Of a stretch of 64,000 nt of DNA, positions 19,309 through 29,788 are shown piece by piece. Within the stretch, counting starts at the first letter, position 1, and every line of letters starts with the position of its first letter. The notes under the pieces are model-generated. The model had not been told where the DNA came from. It was given only the letters and a program-made list of their open reading frames with translations, and made no database searches. Position numbers and translations under genes: made by a program. The stretch spans positions 32,001 through 96,000 of IMG/VR virus record IMGVR_UViG_3300022924_000016. One strand, written 5' to 3'. This DNA comes from a virus.

Positions 19309-19352
19309 ACACATAAAAAATAAATTAACTTATTATTAATCAATTTATACAT

Positions 19353-19383
19353 TTTGCAAATTAAAACAACATACTTAACTTTG
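19353..19383 (+). promoter_or_regulatory. Bacteroidota promoter upstream of scaffold/MCP
   Basis: TTTG-N19-TAACTTTG. Confidence 0.8.
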
Positions 19384-19399
19384 CAGAGCATTCAAGAAA

Positions 19400-20518
19400 A
19401 TGGAACAAGGAACGCAATTATTTGACACAAAAGGTTTAGCTGAATTCTTAGAGGTTAAAGAACCTGTAATAGTAGAACAGCCGAAAGTTGAAAATGAAAT
19501 AAAAACAGTTGAAGACTTATTTGACAAGAAAGAAGAGGAAACTCCTAAAGCAGATGAGCCTAAAATAGAACCAAAACAAGAACAAAGACAGGAGGAGATT
19601 CAAGCACCCAAAGGAAGTGACTATTCTGAACTCGTTAAGTCTTTGGTCGAAAAAGGGGATTGGGGAGACTACAAGATAACAATTGCCAACGAAAATGGCG
19701 AGGATGAAGAAGTAGATATCCTAGATTTAAAACATATTGACAAAGAACTGTTTTTTGAATTGAAAGAGGCGCAAGAAGCTGAAAAGAAATCAGAATTTGA
19801 TAAAAACTATATAAGTAAGGAAGGTATAAACGAATACACTGAAAAACTTATTGAGATTTCAAAAGAAGGCGGGGATATATCACAGCTTATCCAAACCCAA
19901 TCACAGCTAATTAATCCTGTATTACAGATCAAAGAAAACAGAGATGAAAAGTCCTTAATTGATTTGGTGGCATTTAAAATGCAAAGCCAAGGATATGAAT
20001 CTGACTATATCAACTTAAAGATATCTAAGTTTTTAAAAGATGGAACTTTAGATGAAGAAGCTGATAAAGTCATTAACGAGATAGAAACAAACTACAATAC
20101 ACATCTCGAAAATACCAAATTACAATTAAAACAGCAGAGAGAGCAGGTTGAAAAAGACAGAAAGGAATACAGGAAAACCCTTTCAGATAAAATCAACGTA
20201 TTCAATCTAAAAGAGCACGACAAAAGAAAGACTCTAGAAACAGCTTCAAAATATGATGAGAATGGAGTATCAGAAGCAGAGAAACTTTTTTATAAAATCA
20301 GGCAGGAAGACCCTGAAAGATTCTTAGAAGTGGTAATGCTCTTATCAGATAAAGAAATGTTTGAAAGCGTAAAATATACAAAAGCAAAAAATGAGGCAAC
20401 GATAGGTACATTTAAAAAAGTACTCCAAATCAAAGCTAAAACAAATACGGCAGAGAAAACTCCCGAAAAGAAAGAAGACGGTTTTGAAGCCCTCTTCAAG
20501 ACCAAGCAATCCTTATAA
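19400..20518 (+). CDS. Putative capsid scaffolding protein
   Basis: Highly charged helical 372-aa protein between portal and MCP. Confidence 0.65.
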   Translation: MEQGTQLFDTKGLAEFLEVKEPVIVEQPKVENEIKTVEDLFDKKEEETPKADEPKIEPKQEQRQEEIQAPKGSDYSELVKSLVEKGDWGDYKITIANENGEDEEVDILDLKHIDKELFFELKEAQEAEKKSEFDKNYISKEGINEYTEKLIEISKEGGDISQLIQTQSQLINPVLQIKENRDEKSLIDLVAFKMQSQGYESDYINLKISKFLKDGTLDEEADKVINEIETNYNTHLENTKLQLKQQREQVEKDRKEYRKTLSDKINVFNLKEHDKRKTLETASKYDENGVSEAEKLFYKIRQEDPERFLEVVMLLSDKEMFESVKYTKAKNEATIGTFKKVLQIKAKTNTAEKTPEKKEDGFEALFKTKQSL

Positions 20519-20540
20519 ACATTAAAATTAAAAAAGACAA

Positions 20541-22238
20541 ATGAGTTTTTACACAAACCATGTAGCGAATAGAAATTCTGATATGGCTGTTGCATTTACA
20601 ACGGCAGACGCAGCGAGGTCATTAGTATCTCAACAAGGATATCAAGACTATTCAACATTACAAGACATTTATGAGGAAGATCCTCTAAAAAATCACTTAG
20701 GACTTATCAATCAATTTGGTGAGCAAGGAGACGTATCAGTAGTACCATTCTACCAAGACGCACTATCTTCAGGAGCAATTCTGGAAGTAAACGGATGGGA
20801 AGGAAAGTTCCACTATGACTTACCTATCGAAACAGATAACAGAACAAAGACTACAGGAGATACTTCTGACCAACCTTTGGCAGGTATCGATGGAACAACT
20901 TTCCAGATTATCTTGAACAAAGAGTTCGCTCCAAATACAACTTTGACAGCAAATGCCATCGATGATGAAGGTATGACTATTGTTGTTTCAGATGCAGAAC
21001 CAGTTCAGGCAGTATCAGGAGGATTCTTGCATACAGTTGTTTTAGGAACTAATGATTCTGAAAAAACTTATGACACATCTCTTTTAAAATCTGATGTTAC
21101 TTATATTGATTCAGGTCATGGAGTTGCAGAGTATGGAGAAAAACTAGCCTTGGCTCATTTAGAAGCAGGTTCAAACTATCAAACTTTTGAATTCCAAATT
21201 GGTTCTCCAATGGGAGCTGAAACTTTCTATACAGGAAAGGCCAACGAAGTAGATTTAGCTTGGGGTAAAACGAGTTCTAGAGATTTGATTTCAGATGTTG
21301 AGAATTATGCAGCACAAGGAATGGAAATTGCTTTCCTAAAACAAAACGTACCAGGAAGAGGAACAGTTAAATCTGTAGCTTCTATGATGCAAATCTTGAC
21401 TATCAGAAAATTTAATACTTTAATGTCTCGCTCATTAATGTGGCAGAGAGGTTTCACAATCAAAACTGAAAAAGGTATCGTAAGATATAATGAAGGATTG
21501 TGGCATCAGATGAGAAGAGGATTTATTTTGACATACGCAAAACGTATGGGAATGAAACCAAGCCATTTAGCAGTTTTAGCTGATTATGTATTCAAGCAAA
21601 ACCCTATGATGGATGTTATTGATAGAGTATTGAGATTCAAGACAGGTACAGAACTTGGAAAGAACTTCGAGATGATTTATCAAAATGAATTTAACGAACA
21701 GATTAACCGTATTGCACCTCTTTTAGGAGCAGACAGAGTAATGACTACAAGCCCTGTTTCGGGGCCTTGGGATGCCTTGATTCTTAAGCCTGTAAAAGTA
21801 AAATCAGTTTACTTGCCAGGAATTGGACAAGTTGAGCATACAGTCGACAAAGGGTTGGATTACGCAGCACAAGGGCTTCAAGACAGAAGATTCCAAGGAG
21901 CTAATGCTAATGGATTCTCAAGCACTACTTACTCAGGAATTATGTGGGATGTAACAGACCAAGCATACTCAAATAACGGTAGAATGCCAGCAGGAGTTAC
22001 AAACATCGGAGGAAATGACAAAGCTAATATCCACTTGGTTGTACCAAAAGGAGATAAAGTTTTCTGGGGTACTGAAAATGGACGTTACAGCTCTAAATCT
22101 GCAAAAGATATTGTAGCTTCAAGAAAAACAATGACAGAATCATTCTTCATTTACGGTTCTGCTTCAACTTGGATGAGAGACCCTTCTAAATTTGCAATGA
22201 TTGAATTGGCAAAAGAAGCACGTAGAGGTTACAACTAA
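20541..22238 (+). CDS. Major capsid protein
   Basis: 565 aa; position portal-scaffold-MCP; high-expression codon bias; EGLWHQMRRG and WMRDPSK motifs; strong terminator downstream. Confidence 0.82.
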   Translation: MSFYTNHVANRNSDMAVAFTTADAARSLVSQQGYQDYSTLQDIYEEDPLKNHLGLINQFGEQGDVSVVPFYQDALSSGAILEVNGWEGKFHYDLPIETDNRTKTTGDTSDQPLAGIDGTTFQIILNKEFAPNTTLTANAIDDEGMTIVVSDAEPVQAVSGGFLHTVVLGTNDSEKTYDTSLLKSDVTYIDSGHGVAEYGEKLALAHLEAGSNYQTFEFQIGSPMGAETFYTGKANEVDLAWGKTSSRDLISDVENYAAQGMEIAFLKQNVPGRGTVKSVASMMQILTIRKFNTLMSRSLMWQRGFTIKTEKGIVRYNEGLWHQMRRGFILTYAKRMGMKPSHLAVLADYVFKQNPMMDVIDRVLRFKTGTELGKNFEMIYQNEFNEQINRIAPLLGADRVMTTSPVSGPWDALILKPVKVKSVYLPGIGQVEHTVDKGLDYAAQGLQDRRFQGANANGFSSTTYSGIMWDVTDQAYSNNGRMPAGVTNIGGNDKANIHLVVPKGDKVFWGTENGRYSSKSAKDIVASRKTMTESFFIYGSASTWMRDPSKFAMIELAKEARRGYN

Positions 22239-22254
22239 AATAGAATAAGCATAT

Positions 22255-22289
22255 CCTCCCTTGACCTAAGAAAATCAGGGGAGGTTTTT
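22255..22289 (+). terminator. Intrinsic terminator after MCP
   Basis: CCTCCCTTGA-10 nt loop-TCAGGGGAGG followed by TTTTT. Confidence 0.85.
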
Positions 22290-22317
22290 AAAAGAAAAAA
22301 GAGAAAAACAAAACAAA

Positions 22318-23280
22318 ATGAGTGAAGTAACACTAAAAGTGGGGAATACCGAAATTACAGTAGGTGGGAACCATAAATATACAATTATTGGAAAGCCTGA
22401 TTTGGATGCCCCAAAAGGTTTTGCTGAATATGATACTTCAAAATACCTGATGTCAGGAATTGGAGAAAAACATTCAGTGCCTTACGATTCACAATTAGAC
22501 TGCTATGATACATCTTTTGATAAAGATTCAGCTTCTAACGAAGGGGTTGAAGAAAGTATAATCAAAAACTATGTAACTCATATCCAAAAACCTTATGAAA
22601 CAAGATTCAAAAAGAAATTAGATTCTACTAATGATGAGTTTTGGGGAGAAGGCGGAGATAAAGGCTTTATGATGGATTTGTACATAGGTAAAGTTTTTGA
22701 TATGAATAACTTTAAGCACCGTTTGGAGTTGTTCCAAGCTTTGAAAAAAGGACACATCTGTGAAAAAGGCGAAAAAGACCACTTCTATCAAAAAGCTAAA
22801 TATTGCATCGTAGACAATAATAAAAAACAAAATGTAAAAGAGAAAAAAGCAAAAGACAAAGCAAAAGCATTCTTTACTTTTATGAATCTCTTGAACGAAA
22901 TTGAAGAGAACGATGACCTTTATTCAATCTTGGAATGGATTAATTTCCCAAATCCAAGAGGAACAGACAAGGATACTTTAATGACACAAGTTTCTATCTT
23001 CTTTGATAACCTTACCACAGGACAAAAGAACTGTGAGAAATTTATGGAAGCCTATGGTATGCTTGATGACAAGGACAAAAAAGTTGAAATGGAGTATTTC
23101 TCAGCCTTGAACAAGCTAAACCATAACAAGAAACTTACATACAGAAGAAGTCAATACTATCTTGGAGATCTTCTTTTAGGAAACAGCTTAAAAGCAGCCG
23201 CTAAAGTCGCAGTACAAAAAGACGAAAAAGCTTCCCAGCTTAAAAAAGCAATTCAAGACGAATTAGACAATATAGAATAA
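22318..23280 (+). CDS. Conserved morphogenesis protein downstream of MCP
   Basis: 320 aa; synteny with the crAss-like capsid module; function not assignable. Confidence 0.6.
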   Translation: MSEVTLKVGNTEITVGGNHKYTIIGKPDLDAPKGFAEYDTSKYLMSGIGEKHSVPYDSQLDCYDTSFDKDSASNEGVEESIIKNYVTHIQKPYETRFKKKLDSTNDEFWGEGGDKGFMMDLYIGKVFDMNNFKHRLELFQALKKGHICEKGEKDHFYQKAKYCIVDNNKKQNVKEKKAKDKAKAFFTFMNLLNEIEENDDLYSILEWINFPNPRGTDKDTLMTQVSIFFDNLTTGQKNCEKFMEAYGMLDDKDKKVEMEYFSALNKLNHNKKLTYRRSQYYLGDLLLGNSLKAAAKVAVQKDEKASQLKKAIQDELDNIE

Positions 23281-23281
23281 T

Positions 23282-23941
23282 ATGACACCCGAAGATATCT
23301 ATCTAATATATTTGACCAAGGCGGAAAAAAACCTTACAAATGATGCAAAATCAACAGATAGAGGAAGGTTTCAAATACTATGGAACAACCAGCAGATAGT
23401 CTATTACCGCAGGCTACTTGAAATGAAAGGGAGTGATAACATAAGAGAAGCTCAAATTTTTCTAGAAATATCAAAACCTTTGGAACTAGATTCCAGAACA
23501 ACCCAATCTTCAAGATTCAAACTACCCCAAAACTTTTTCGACTTAGGAGACATAGAGGCTTACGCCACAAAAGAAGAATGCAAAAACCAAAAGATTTTTC
23601 TCTATGAAACATCTCCTGAGAATTACACGGAATATTTAAGAAACTCAGACACAAAACCAGACTTCCTATGGAGAGAAAGCTTATACTCTCTCTCCTCGGA
23701 TACGGTTGAAATATTCCAAGACGACTTCACGATAGAAAAAGTTAAAATGTCCTACTACCAAAACCCAACGGAAATCAAATTGATGCAAGAAAATAATCCA
23801 GAGTCAGACTTTGACGATGACTTCATCATAGAGTGGGATGACAAATCAATTTACAAAATTATCGACCTATGTGTCCTAGAATTTGACACATCGGCTAACT
23901 CAAACAGGATAAATCCTGATTTAAACAGATTACAAAACTAA
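23282..23941 (+). CDS. Head-tail ring/adaptor protein (putative)
   Basis: 219 aa; FKLPQNFF and YYQNP pattern of P22 gp4/T7 gp11-like ring proteins; synteny. Confidence 0.55.
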   Translation: MTPEDIYLIYLTKAEKNLTNDAKSTDRGRFQILWNNQQIVYYRRLLEMKGSDNIREAQIFLEISKPLELDSRTTQSSRFKLPQNFFDLGDIEAYATKEECKNQKIFLYETSPENYTEYLRNSDTKPDFLWRESLYSLSSDTVEIFQDDFTIEKVKMSYYQNPTEIKLMQENNPESDFDDDFIIEWDDKSIYKIIDLCVLEFDTSANSNRINPDLNRLQN

Positions 23942-23961
23942 CAAAAATTAAATAAGAAACG

Positions 23962-26184
23962 ATGCCAGGTATTCATTCAGCATTATCTCGCCACCTTTTT
24001 ACAATTGATGGCGCAGTAAAGACAGCAGGGGTAGGATCAAAATTAGCCCAGGGACAGTTTGCATTAGTGCAAAAAGACAAACCAGTTACAATTGGAACGC
24101 AATCAGGAGCGGCAGTATTGAGCGCAGGCTTGATTTCAGCACTTTCTCCTAATGCGCAATTGGAAATGAGAATGGGAAAATTCCAACTTCCTAATCCAAC
24201 AAACGTATATAATAACAAACCTAACTCTTCTGAGGTATTCAGATTAGGAGATATCAAGGCTATTAAAACAGTTGCACCTAAATATTCAGAACAGGAATTT
24301 GATTCTTGGATTATCGGCTATGACGGTATCAACCCTTCAACAGCTTTAACAATTCCAGAAGGAGGTTACTCGGTAGTAGATATTTCTTTCTGCGGAGATG
24401 CTTTGGAGTTTGTTACGGGTACTAAAAAACATTTGGCAAAATTCCACATTCAAAGAGAAGTGGGACAGTCAATGAAAGAAGTAATTGAAGAACTTTATAG
24501 AAATATTCAAAACTATACTATTCAAGGAAACATTCCTTTGACTTCACTAGCTTCTGTAAAACTAGTAGATTCTACGGGAGAAGCATTGACAGGAGACGAA
24601 TATGTATTCGCAACTTTGACAGTACAAGACCAAGGAGAGCCAGCAGATTTGGCAAGAATCCAAGCGCAGTATGATTACACAGTAGTTTTAAAAGAGCGTC
24701 AAGGAATTAATTCTGTTTATTCAGTAGTAAGACCAGAAGGAGTTGCTTTAGCAGATTACGTGAGAACCTTCGGAGGTTACGTTAAAGGTTGTGAGGACTG
24801 TCCAGCAGGATATACAGAACTTGCAGGCGGTGTAATTTATTCAGTGTCTCTAGAAGATGACGGAGGAAGTTCAGCAGCATTAGTACAAGCACTTCCAGGA
24901 GCAGTAGCAGCATCAGCAGTAAAAGTAGGAAACAGTGATGGTATGGGAACATACACAGTTGTTTTAGATAACGAACTTACTGTAGCTGAAATCAATACTT
25001 TCGTAGCGGCAGGGACAATACAAAAAACCGCAGAAATTCAATTAGTAGGACTTGTATCTGATTTGTGTAACAATACAACAGAAACAGAATTTGCATGGGT
25101 TGATGGAGAAAGCTGTTTCGCCTCTACTGAAACTTACCAAATCCAACTTCAAGATGACGATTGCGACGGTTCAAGACTAGCTGAATTGCAACTAGCTTAC
25201 CCACAATTGACAATTGCAGTAGTTAATACGGATTTTGCTACAAGAACAGTGACATTGACAGGAACATCAGGAACAGCTAACGTTTCAGTTAAAGGTACAA
25301 ACTACTTGGCAACTTTTGCAACGAGCCTTGCAGTTACGGCTACAAACTTCGTTACAACGCATTCTGCCGCTTTAGCAACAGCAGGAGTACAAGTTACAGC
25401 AAATGGAGCAGTTTTGACTTTCAGAGCCTTAAATGCAGATGTAACAGGTATTACAATCACAAATGCAACTACAAACTTAGCAGGAACTTTAGGAGCAGTT
25501 ACTCCAATCGCTTCACAAGGAGGATGCCAGACAGTTTATCAAACAACAGTAGCAACAGACCTAGTTTGTGAAGACTGCGACCCTATCTTCACAGAACTTT
25601 TCACTTCGGAAGCTCCTAACGCTTATGAAGGAATTGAATGGAGAAGATTAGATGTTGTAGAAGACGCAGAAGGATTAATGGGAATCAAGATTACAGGTAA
25701 GCCAATCATCCAAAGACCAGATGATATCGCAAAAGACCAAATCCCTTACTATGAAACTTCTGTAAGAATTATGGTTGCTGGCGGATACGCTGAAGAAATC
25801 AACTTATCAACTTATGTGAACATCGAACCTTTTGCTATAAAGCAATTGAGCTGGGCACAAGACAGAGATAATTTAGGATGGCATTTGTTAGGATGGGAAG
25901 AAGCATCAAGAGTGTATTTTGAAGGAACTTTCCGCCATAAAGACAATATGTATGCAAGACAAGTATTGGGAGAAGCTTCTAATTTGAATTTCTCAGCACA
26001 ATATGTAGGTTTTGAAATCACTATAATGGATAGAAAATTCTCTCAAGGAGTAGGGCACACTTCCAATATCGGAACAAGCTATACAATTTGGGCAGAAGTC
26101 GGATAACACCAAGACCTCCAAGTCTTAGTAAACCAACTGGCCGCTAAAGTTGGGATTCCAGTGGAGAAAGCTTTTGTAGCATAA
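23962..26184 (+). CDS. Abundant structural protein (auxiliary capsid/decoration-like); ORF stops at TAA 26104-26106 but the frame continues 25 codons to TAATAG at 26182-26187
   Basis: MCP-like codon bias; CxxC motifs; after the internal TAA the frame reads HQDLQVLVNQLAAKVGIPVEKAFVA, then a tandem stop and a terminator. Confidence 0.7.
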
Positions 26185-26196
26185 TAGATTAAAAAT

Positions 26197-26230
26197 AGAG
26201 GGAGGTGTAAAAAGCTTCCCTCTTATATTA
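26197..26230 (+). terminator. Intrinsic terminator
   Basis: AGAGGGAGG-loop-CTTCCCTCT followed by TATATTA, 10 nt after the TAATAG. Confidence 0.7.
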
Positions 26231-26252
26231 ATAACAATAAAATTATAATACT

Positions 26253-26747
26253 TTGAAGATTGATATAGATTTTTACGTCCTGCCTACTTCACCAAGAACG
26301 ATAGCAGTATATGATGACAGTGATTGGTCTTATGCTTCAAAGAAGACTGCTTATATACAGATAGTGCCACCAGGATCAAAGAAATGCACAACCCTGACTT
26401 TTCGCAAGAATAATATTAATATTATTAATGCGAAAGATTTAGGACTCGGATGCGGAGACTTGCCTGATGGGATTTACGAGATTAAAGTTCTGAGCAAGTT
26501 TGAAGATATCAGTGAAAGCAAATACTATCTCAAAACAGACTCTTTAGAATTCCAACTATCAAAAAAGATAATAAAAATAAATGAGCTTTCATATTTCGGC
26601 GAAAAAGAAATAAAAAGTGTGTTTCAACTAAAATGGCTATTAGAGGTTGCTAAATCTTACATAAAGGAAGGTAATTATCAAAAAGCTGTACAATCATATA
26701 ATTCTGCCAAAACTTTAGCAGAGTCAATAAACTGTGAATCATGTTAG
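26253..26747 (+). CDS. Tail hub/fibre-attachment protein (putative)
   Basis: DLPDGIYEI motif and terminal C-x2-C; first gene of the tail-fibre block. Confidence 0.5.
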   Translation: MKIDIDFYVLPTSPRTIAVYDDSDWSYASKKTAYIQIVPPGSKKCTTLTFRKNNINIINAKDLGLGCGDLPDGIYEIKVLSKFEDISESKYYLKTDSLEFQLSKKIIKINELSYFGEKEIKSVFQLKWLLEVAKSYIKEGNYQKAVQSYNSAKTLAESINCESC

Positions 26748-27070
26748 CAGGACAGATAAGTTTTAAAAAGTACTCTTATGATGACATTGAAAAAACAGCA
26801 CAAGAGAATTACCAAAAACATTATAAATATAAACATTTCAGGATAGGTTCGGACATAGACTTCTTAAAGGACTATTTTAAAATGGAAGCCTATAGAAATT
26901 TCTATGAGTGTCTGGAAGATGAAATAAAAGAAGAGATAAACAATCAAACTCAAAAGAAGTGTAAAAAACACGGATTAAAAGCACATTGCAATCACTATAA
27001 GGAACATAAATGTGATTGGTGTGAAGAATTCAAGATATTAAGAGAATGTGCGCCAAAAATAGAATGGTAA
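26741..27070 (+). CDS. Small Cys/His-rich tail-associated protein
   Basis: 109 aa with C/H cluster CKKH..HCNH..HKCDWC. Confidence 0.55.
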   Translation: MLAGQISFKKYSYDDIEKTAQENYQKHYKYKHFRIGSDIDFLKDYFKMEAYRNFYECLEDEIKEEINNQTQKKCKKHGLKAHCNHYKEHKCDWCEEFKILRECAPKIEW

Positions 27071-29775
27071 CTATGGAATGTGAAAAAGAAAAGTGCAAAG
27101 AAAACAGCATAAATTGGGTAAAGAATTTGCCTTCAAAACCATGTCCTAATTCCATATACTTTCTAAAGACTTCTGATGGAGTTTTGATGTATGTATCTTC
27201 TCTTACAGGAGTACTTACTCAAATAGGCGGTTCTAGTCAAGGAGGTGATATAACAATAACTTCACCTGATTCAAGCATCACAGTAACTGAGAACGGGCAA
27301 GATTTTCAAATTAAAGTTTCAGATATTCTTCAAAGTCTCATACAATCTGCATTACAACCAGGAAATAATGTATCAGAACTTGTAAATGACGCAGGGTACT
27401 TAACGGAATTAGGAGAACAGTTTCAAACAGTAGCTACAGATTCTTATGTAGGAGATAGGTTAGTTCCAGTAGATGCAAATATAAACGGCCTCCTGATAAA
27501 TAAAAACTCAAATACAAGAAACGGATTTGAAGCAGTAAACATAAATGCAGGAAATGGAGCAACTTCTTCAATAGTGGCTAGAGGTTCCGCAAATCTATAT
27601 GAAAAAAGCATTTCAATGCAATGGTTTGGATCAGGTTATTTTGTACCCTACTTAAGAGATAAGGGAGCTATAACTTCAACTAATGATATTGTAATTGCAC
27701 CAACAAATAATACAGGAGTAGATTTCAAGACAGGAAGTACAATTTCGACACTTACAACTAAGATGAAGTTGGACGGGGATGGAACTCTGAATATAATCAC
27801 ACAGCCCATAACAGATAACACAGTCACAAAAGGACTCGCAAGAAAATCAGATGGAAAGGTTGTTGAATTTGACATACAAGGAGAAACATTGCAAGACTTA
27901 CAATCTGTAACAGATGAAGGTCAAATTACTACAAATAGTATGGCTATTATTGGAGAATCTAAATCCTTTAATGTTAACAGTGATTCCTCTGGAGATAATT
28001 CTGCTGGAATGTATCTAGAGGGCACTACTCCTAAATTTCAAATTAGAAAAGGATTAGTTGACTATAATATATACGCTCAAAATATAAATTCTATTGTCAA
28101 CAGACAAGCTTCTAATCAATCAGGTTATGAAGTAGTTTCAGTGAATGGAAATCTAGCGGACTCTAATGGTAACGTATTAGTATCGGCAGGTGGTAATTTC
28201 ATCCCTCTTACAGGAACAACAGAAGGTAATCCTGTTACTGGGGATATTGAAATGTATAATCCTGCAAACGACGATTCTTATAAAATTAGTGCTTCAGATG
28301 ATTTTTCAGTATATAGAACTTCAGACGGAAAAGGATTCGGAATGAATTCTACAGGTATTAATTTTAATTTTGACGAAGACTCTAAAGGAATTCAAGGTTC
28401 TTTTTTATACGACAAGCAAGATGACCCAAATGCTTTTGCACAGATGGGAGATTTAAATATAAAAGTTTCAAAAGGATTAATCTCAGGAGATTCTACGATT
28501 GCAGCTTACCTAGGACAAAACGCAGTAGCCAGTTACATACTAACTTTTGCAGATATTTCCGCAGGAACAACTCTAACAGATATAGCAGTTCCAGGTCATA
28601 CAATTACACAACAAAAAGCTAATTGGTTAGCTCTCACTGACCAAAATACTTACGATTGGATTATTGTTGAGATTGGATTAAACGATACGGATGACGGAGA
28701 AACTGTTTCAGGAGCAATTTCTAAATATCAAGATTATATAGACACCATTAATCTTACTAGAAAAGCAAGTTCTAAATTAATAATTGGAACAATGACTCCT
28801 TGTAGAGCAGTTGCAGGTATTGATTATTCTGTATGGCTAGGACTTAATGAAGCCATTATGGGCGGTGGAGCTACACCTATTACAGGAGTAGATATTAGAG
28901 TAAACAATCACACTCTTTTGCTTTCAGACGTAAATGATAATTTATTACCAGCTTACGATATGGGAGACCATATCCACGAAAATAATTTAGCTAGAAATGT
29001 AATAGGCTGGTCTTACAGAAGAGTATTGAGAGATATAAATTATATTCCTCAATCAAGTATTAATACTACAGAAAAACTTACAAGTACTGCTGGAGGATAT
29101 GTTGATCTTATCAATAATCAAACTATTGCTGGAGAAAAGTCTTTTACAGATACTTTACTTTATAAAGTTGGTAGTCAATCTGTAGGATTTGGAAAAGATG
29201 GCACAGACCCTGTTTTACTATTTAACGGTGCATATAGAATGCTACACAGTGCAGGTTATGGAACAATATTTAATGTTTCACCAGGAGAAAATTATGCATG
29301 GAGAATAGGTAATAATTTAAATATTGAAATGCATTTACATCCTGATGGTAATTTAGCTAATGGTTTTGCTTATAATGTAAATACAGGAGAAAAGCTTCAG
29401 ATTAATGGAGATGGTAAATTTGTAGGTAAAGTTTCTGGATTAGATGCAGTATTACCTGAACATTTTGTACCACTTGGTCAATTGTCTAGTAATACGTTAT
29501 CATCGGCTAGCTCATTAGCATTATTACCTACAAGCAAAGTAATGTACTACAGCTATACAGGAGCAACAGCCACAACTTGGACATTACCGACAATAGCAAG
29601 TAATTCTAGAACAAGGTTTGTATTAATAAATACAGGGACAGGCACTATAACACTGAACAGTAGTTCTGGAGGAAACGATATATGGGATTCAGGAACTGTC
29701 ACAAACACTTACCCTATATCTCCAGGCTCTAGTATGGAGCTATTCAATAATGGAAATTCTTATATAATACTTTAA
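27046..29775 (+). CDS. Tail fibre/spike with internal SGNH (GDSL) esterase domain; start may be ATG 27073
   Basis: Fibre motifs (SALQPG, VSELVNDAGY, LQSVTDEG, FIPLTGT); SGNH blocks GDS, PG, GLND and DHIH at about 28470-29035. Confidence 0.8.
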   Translation: MCAKNRMVTMECEKEKCKENSINWVKNLPSKPCPNSIYFLKTSDGVLMYVSSLTGVLTQIGGSSQGGDITITSPDSSITVTENGQDFQIKVSDILQSLIQSALQPGNNVSELVNDAGYLTELGEQFQTVATDSYVGDRLVPVDANINGLLINKNSNTRNGFEAVNINAGNGATSSIVARGSANLYEKSISMQWFGSGYFVPYLRDKGAITSTNDIVIAPTNNTGVDFKTGSTISTLTTKMKLDGDGTLNIITQPITDNTVTKGLARKSDGKVVEFDIQGETLQDLQSVTDEGQITTNSMAIIGESKSFNVNSDSSGDNSAGMYLEGTTPKFQIRKGLVDYNIYAQNINSIVNRQASNQSGYEVVSVNGNLADSNGNVLVSAGGNFIPLTGTTEGNPVTGDIEMYNPANDDSYKISASDDFSVYRTSDGKGFGMNSTGINFNFDEDSKGIQGSFLYDKQDDPNAFAQMGDLNIKVSKGLISGDSTIAAYLGQNAVASYILTFADISAGTTLTDIAVPGHTITQQKANWLALTDQNTYDWIIVEIGLNDTDDGETVSGAISKYQDYIDTINLTRKASSKLIIGTMTPCRAVAGIDYSVWLGLNEAIMGGGATPITGVDIRVNNHTLLLSDVNDNLLPAYDMGDHIHENNLARNVIGWSYRRVLRDINYIPQSSINTTEKLTSTAGGYVDLINNQTIAGEKSFTDTLLYKVGSQSVGFGKDGTDPVLLFNGAYRMLHSAGYGTIFNVSPGENYAWRIGNNLNIEMHLHPDGNLANGFAYNVNTGEKLQINGDGKFVGKVSGLDAVLPEHFVPLGQLSSNTLSSASSLALLPTSKVMYYSYTGATATTWTLPTIASNSRTRFVLINTGTGTITLNSSSGGNDIWDSGTVTNTYPISPGSSMELFNNGNSYIIL

Positions 29776-29788
29776 ATTACAACGATTA

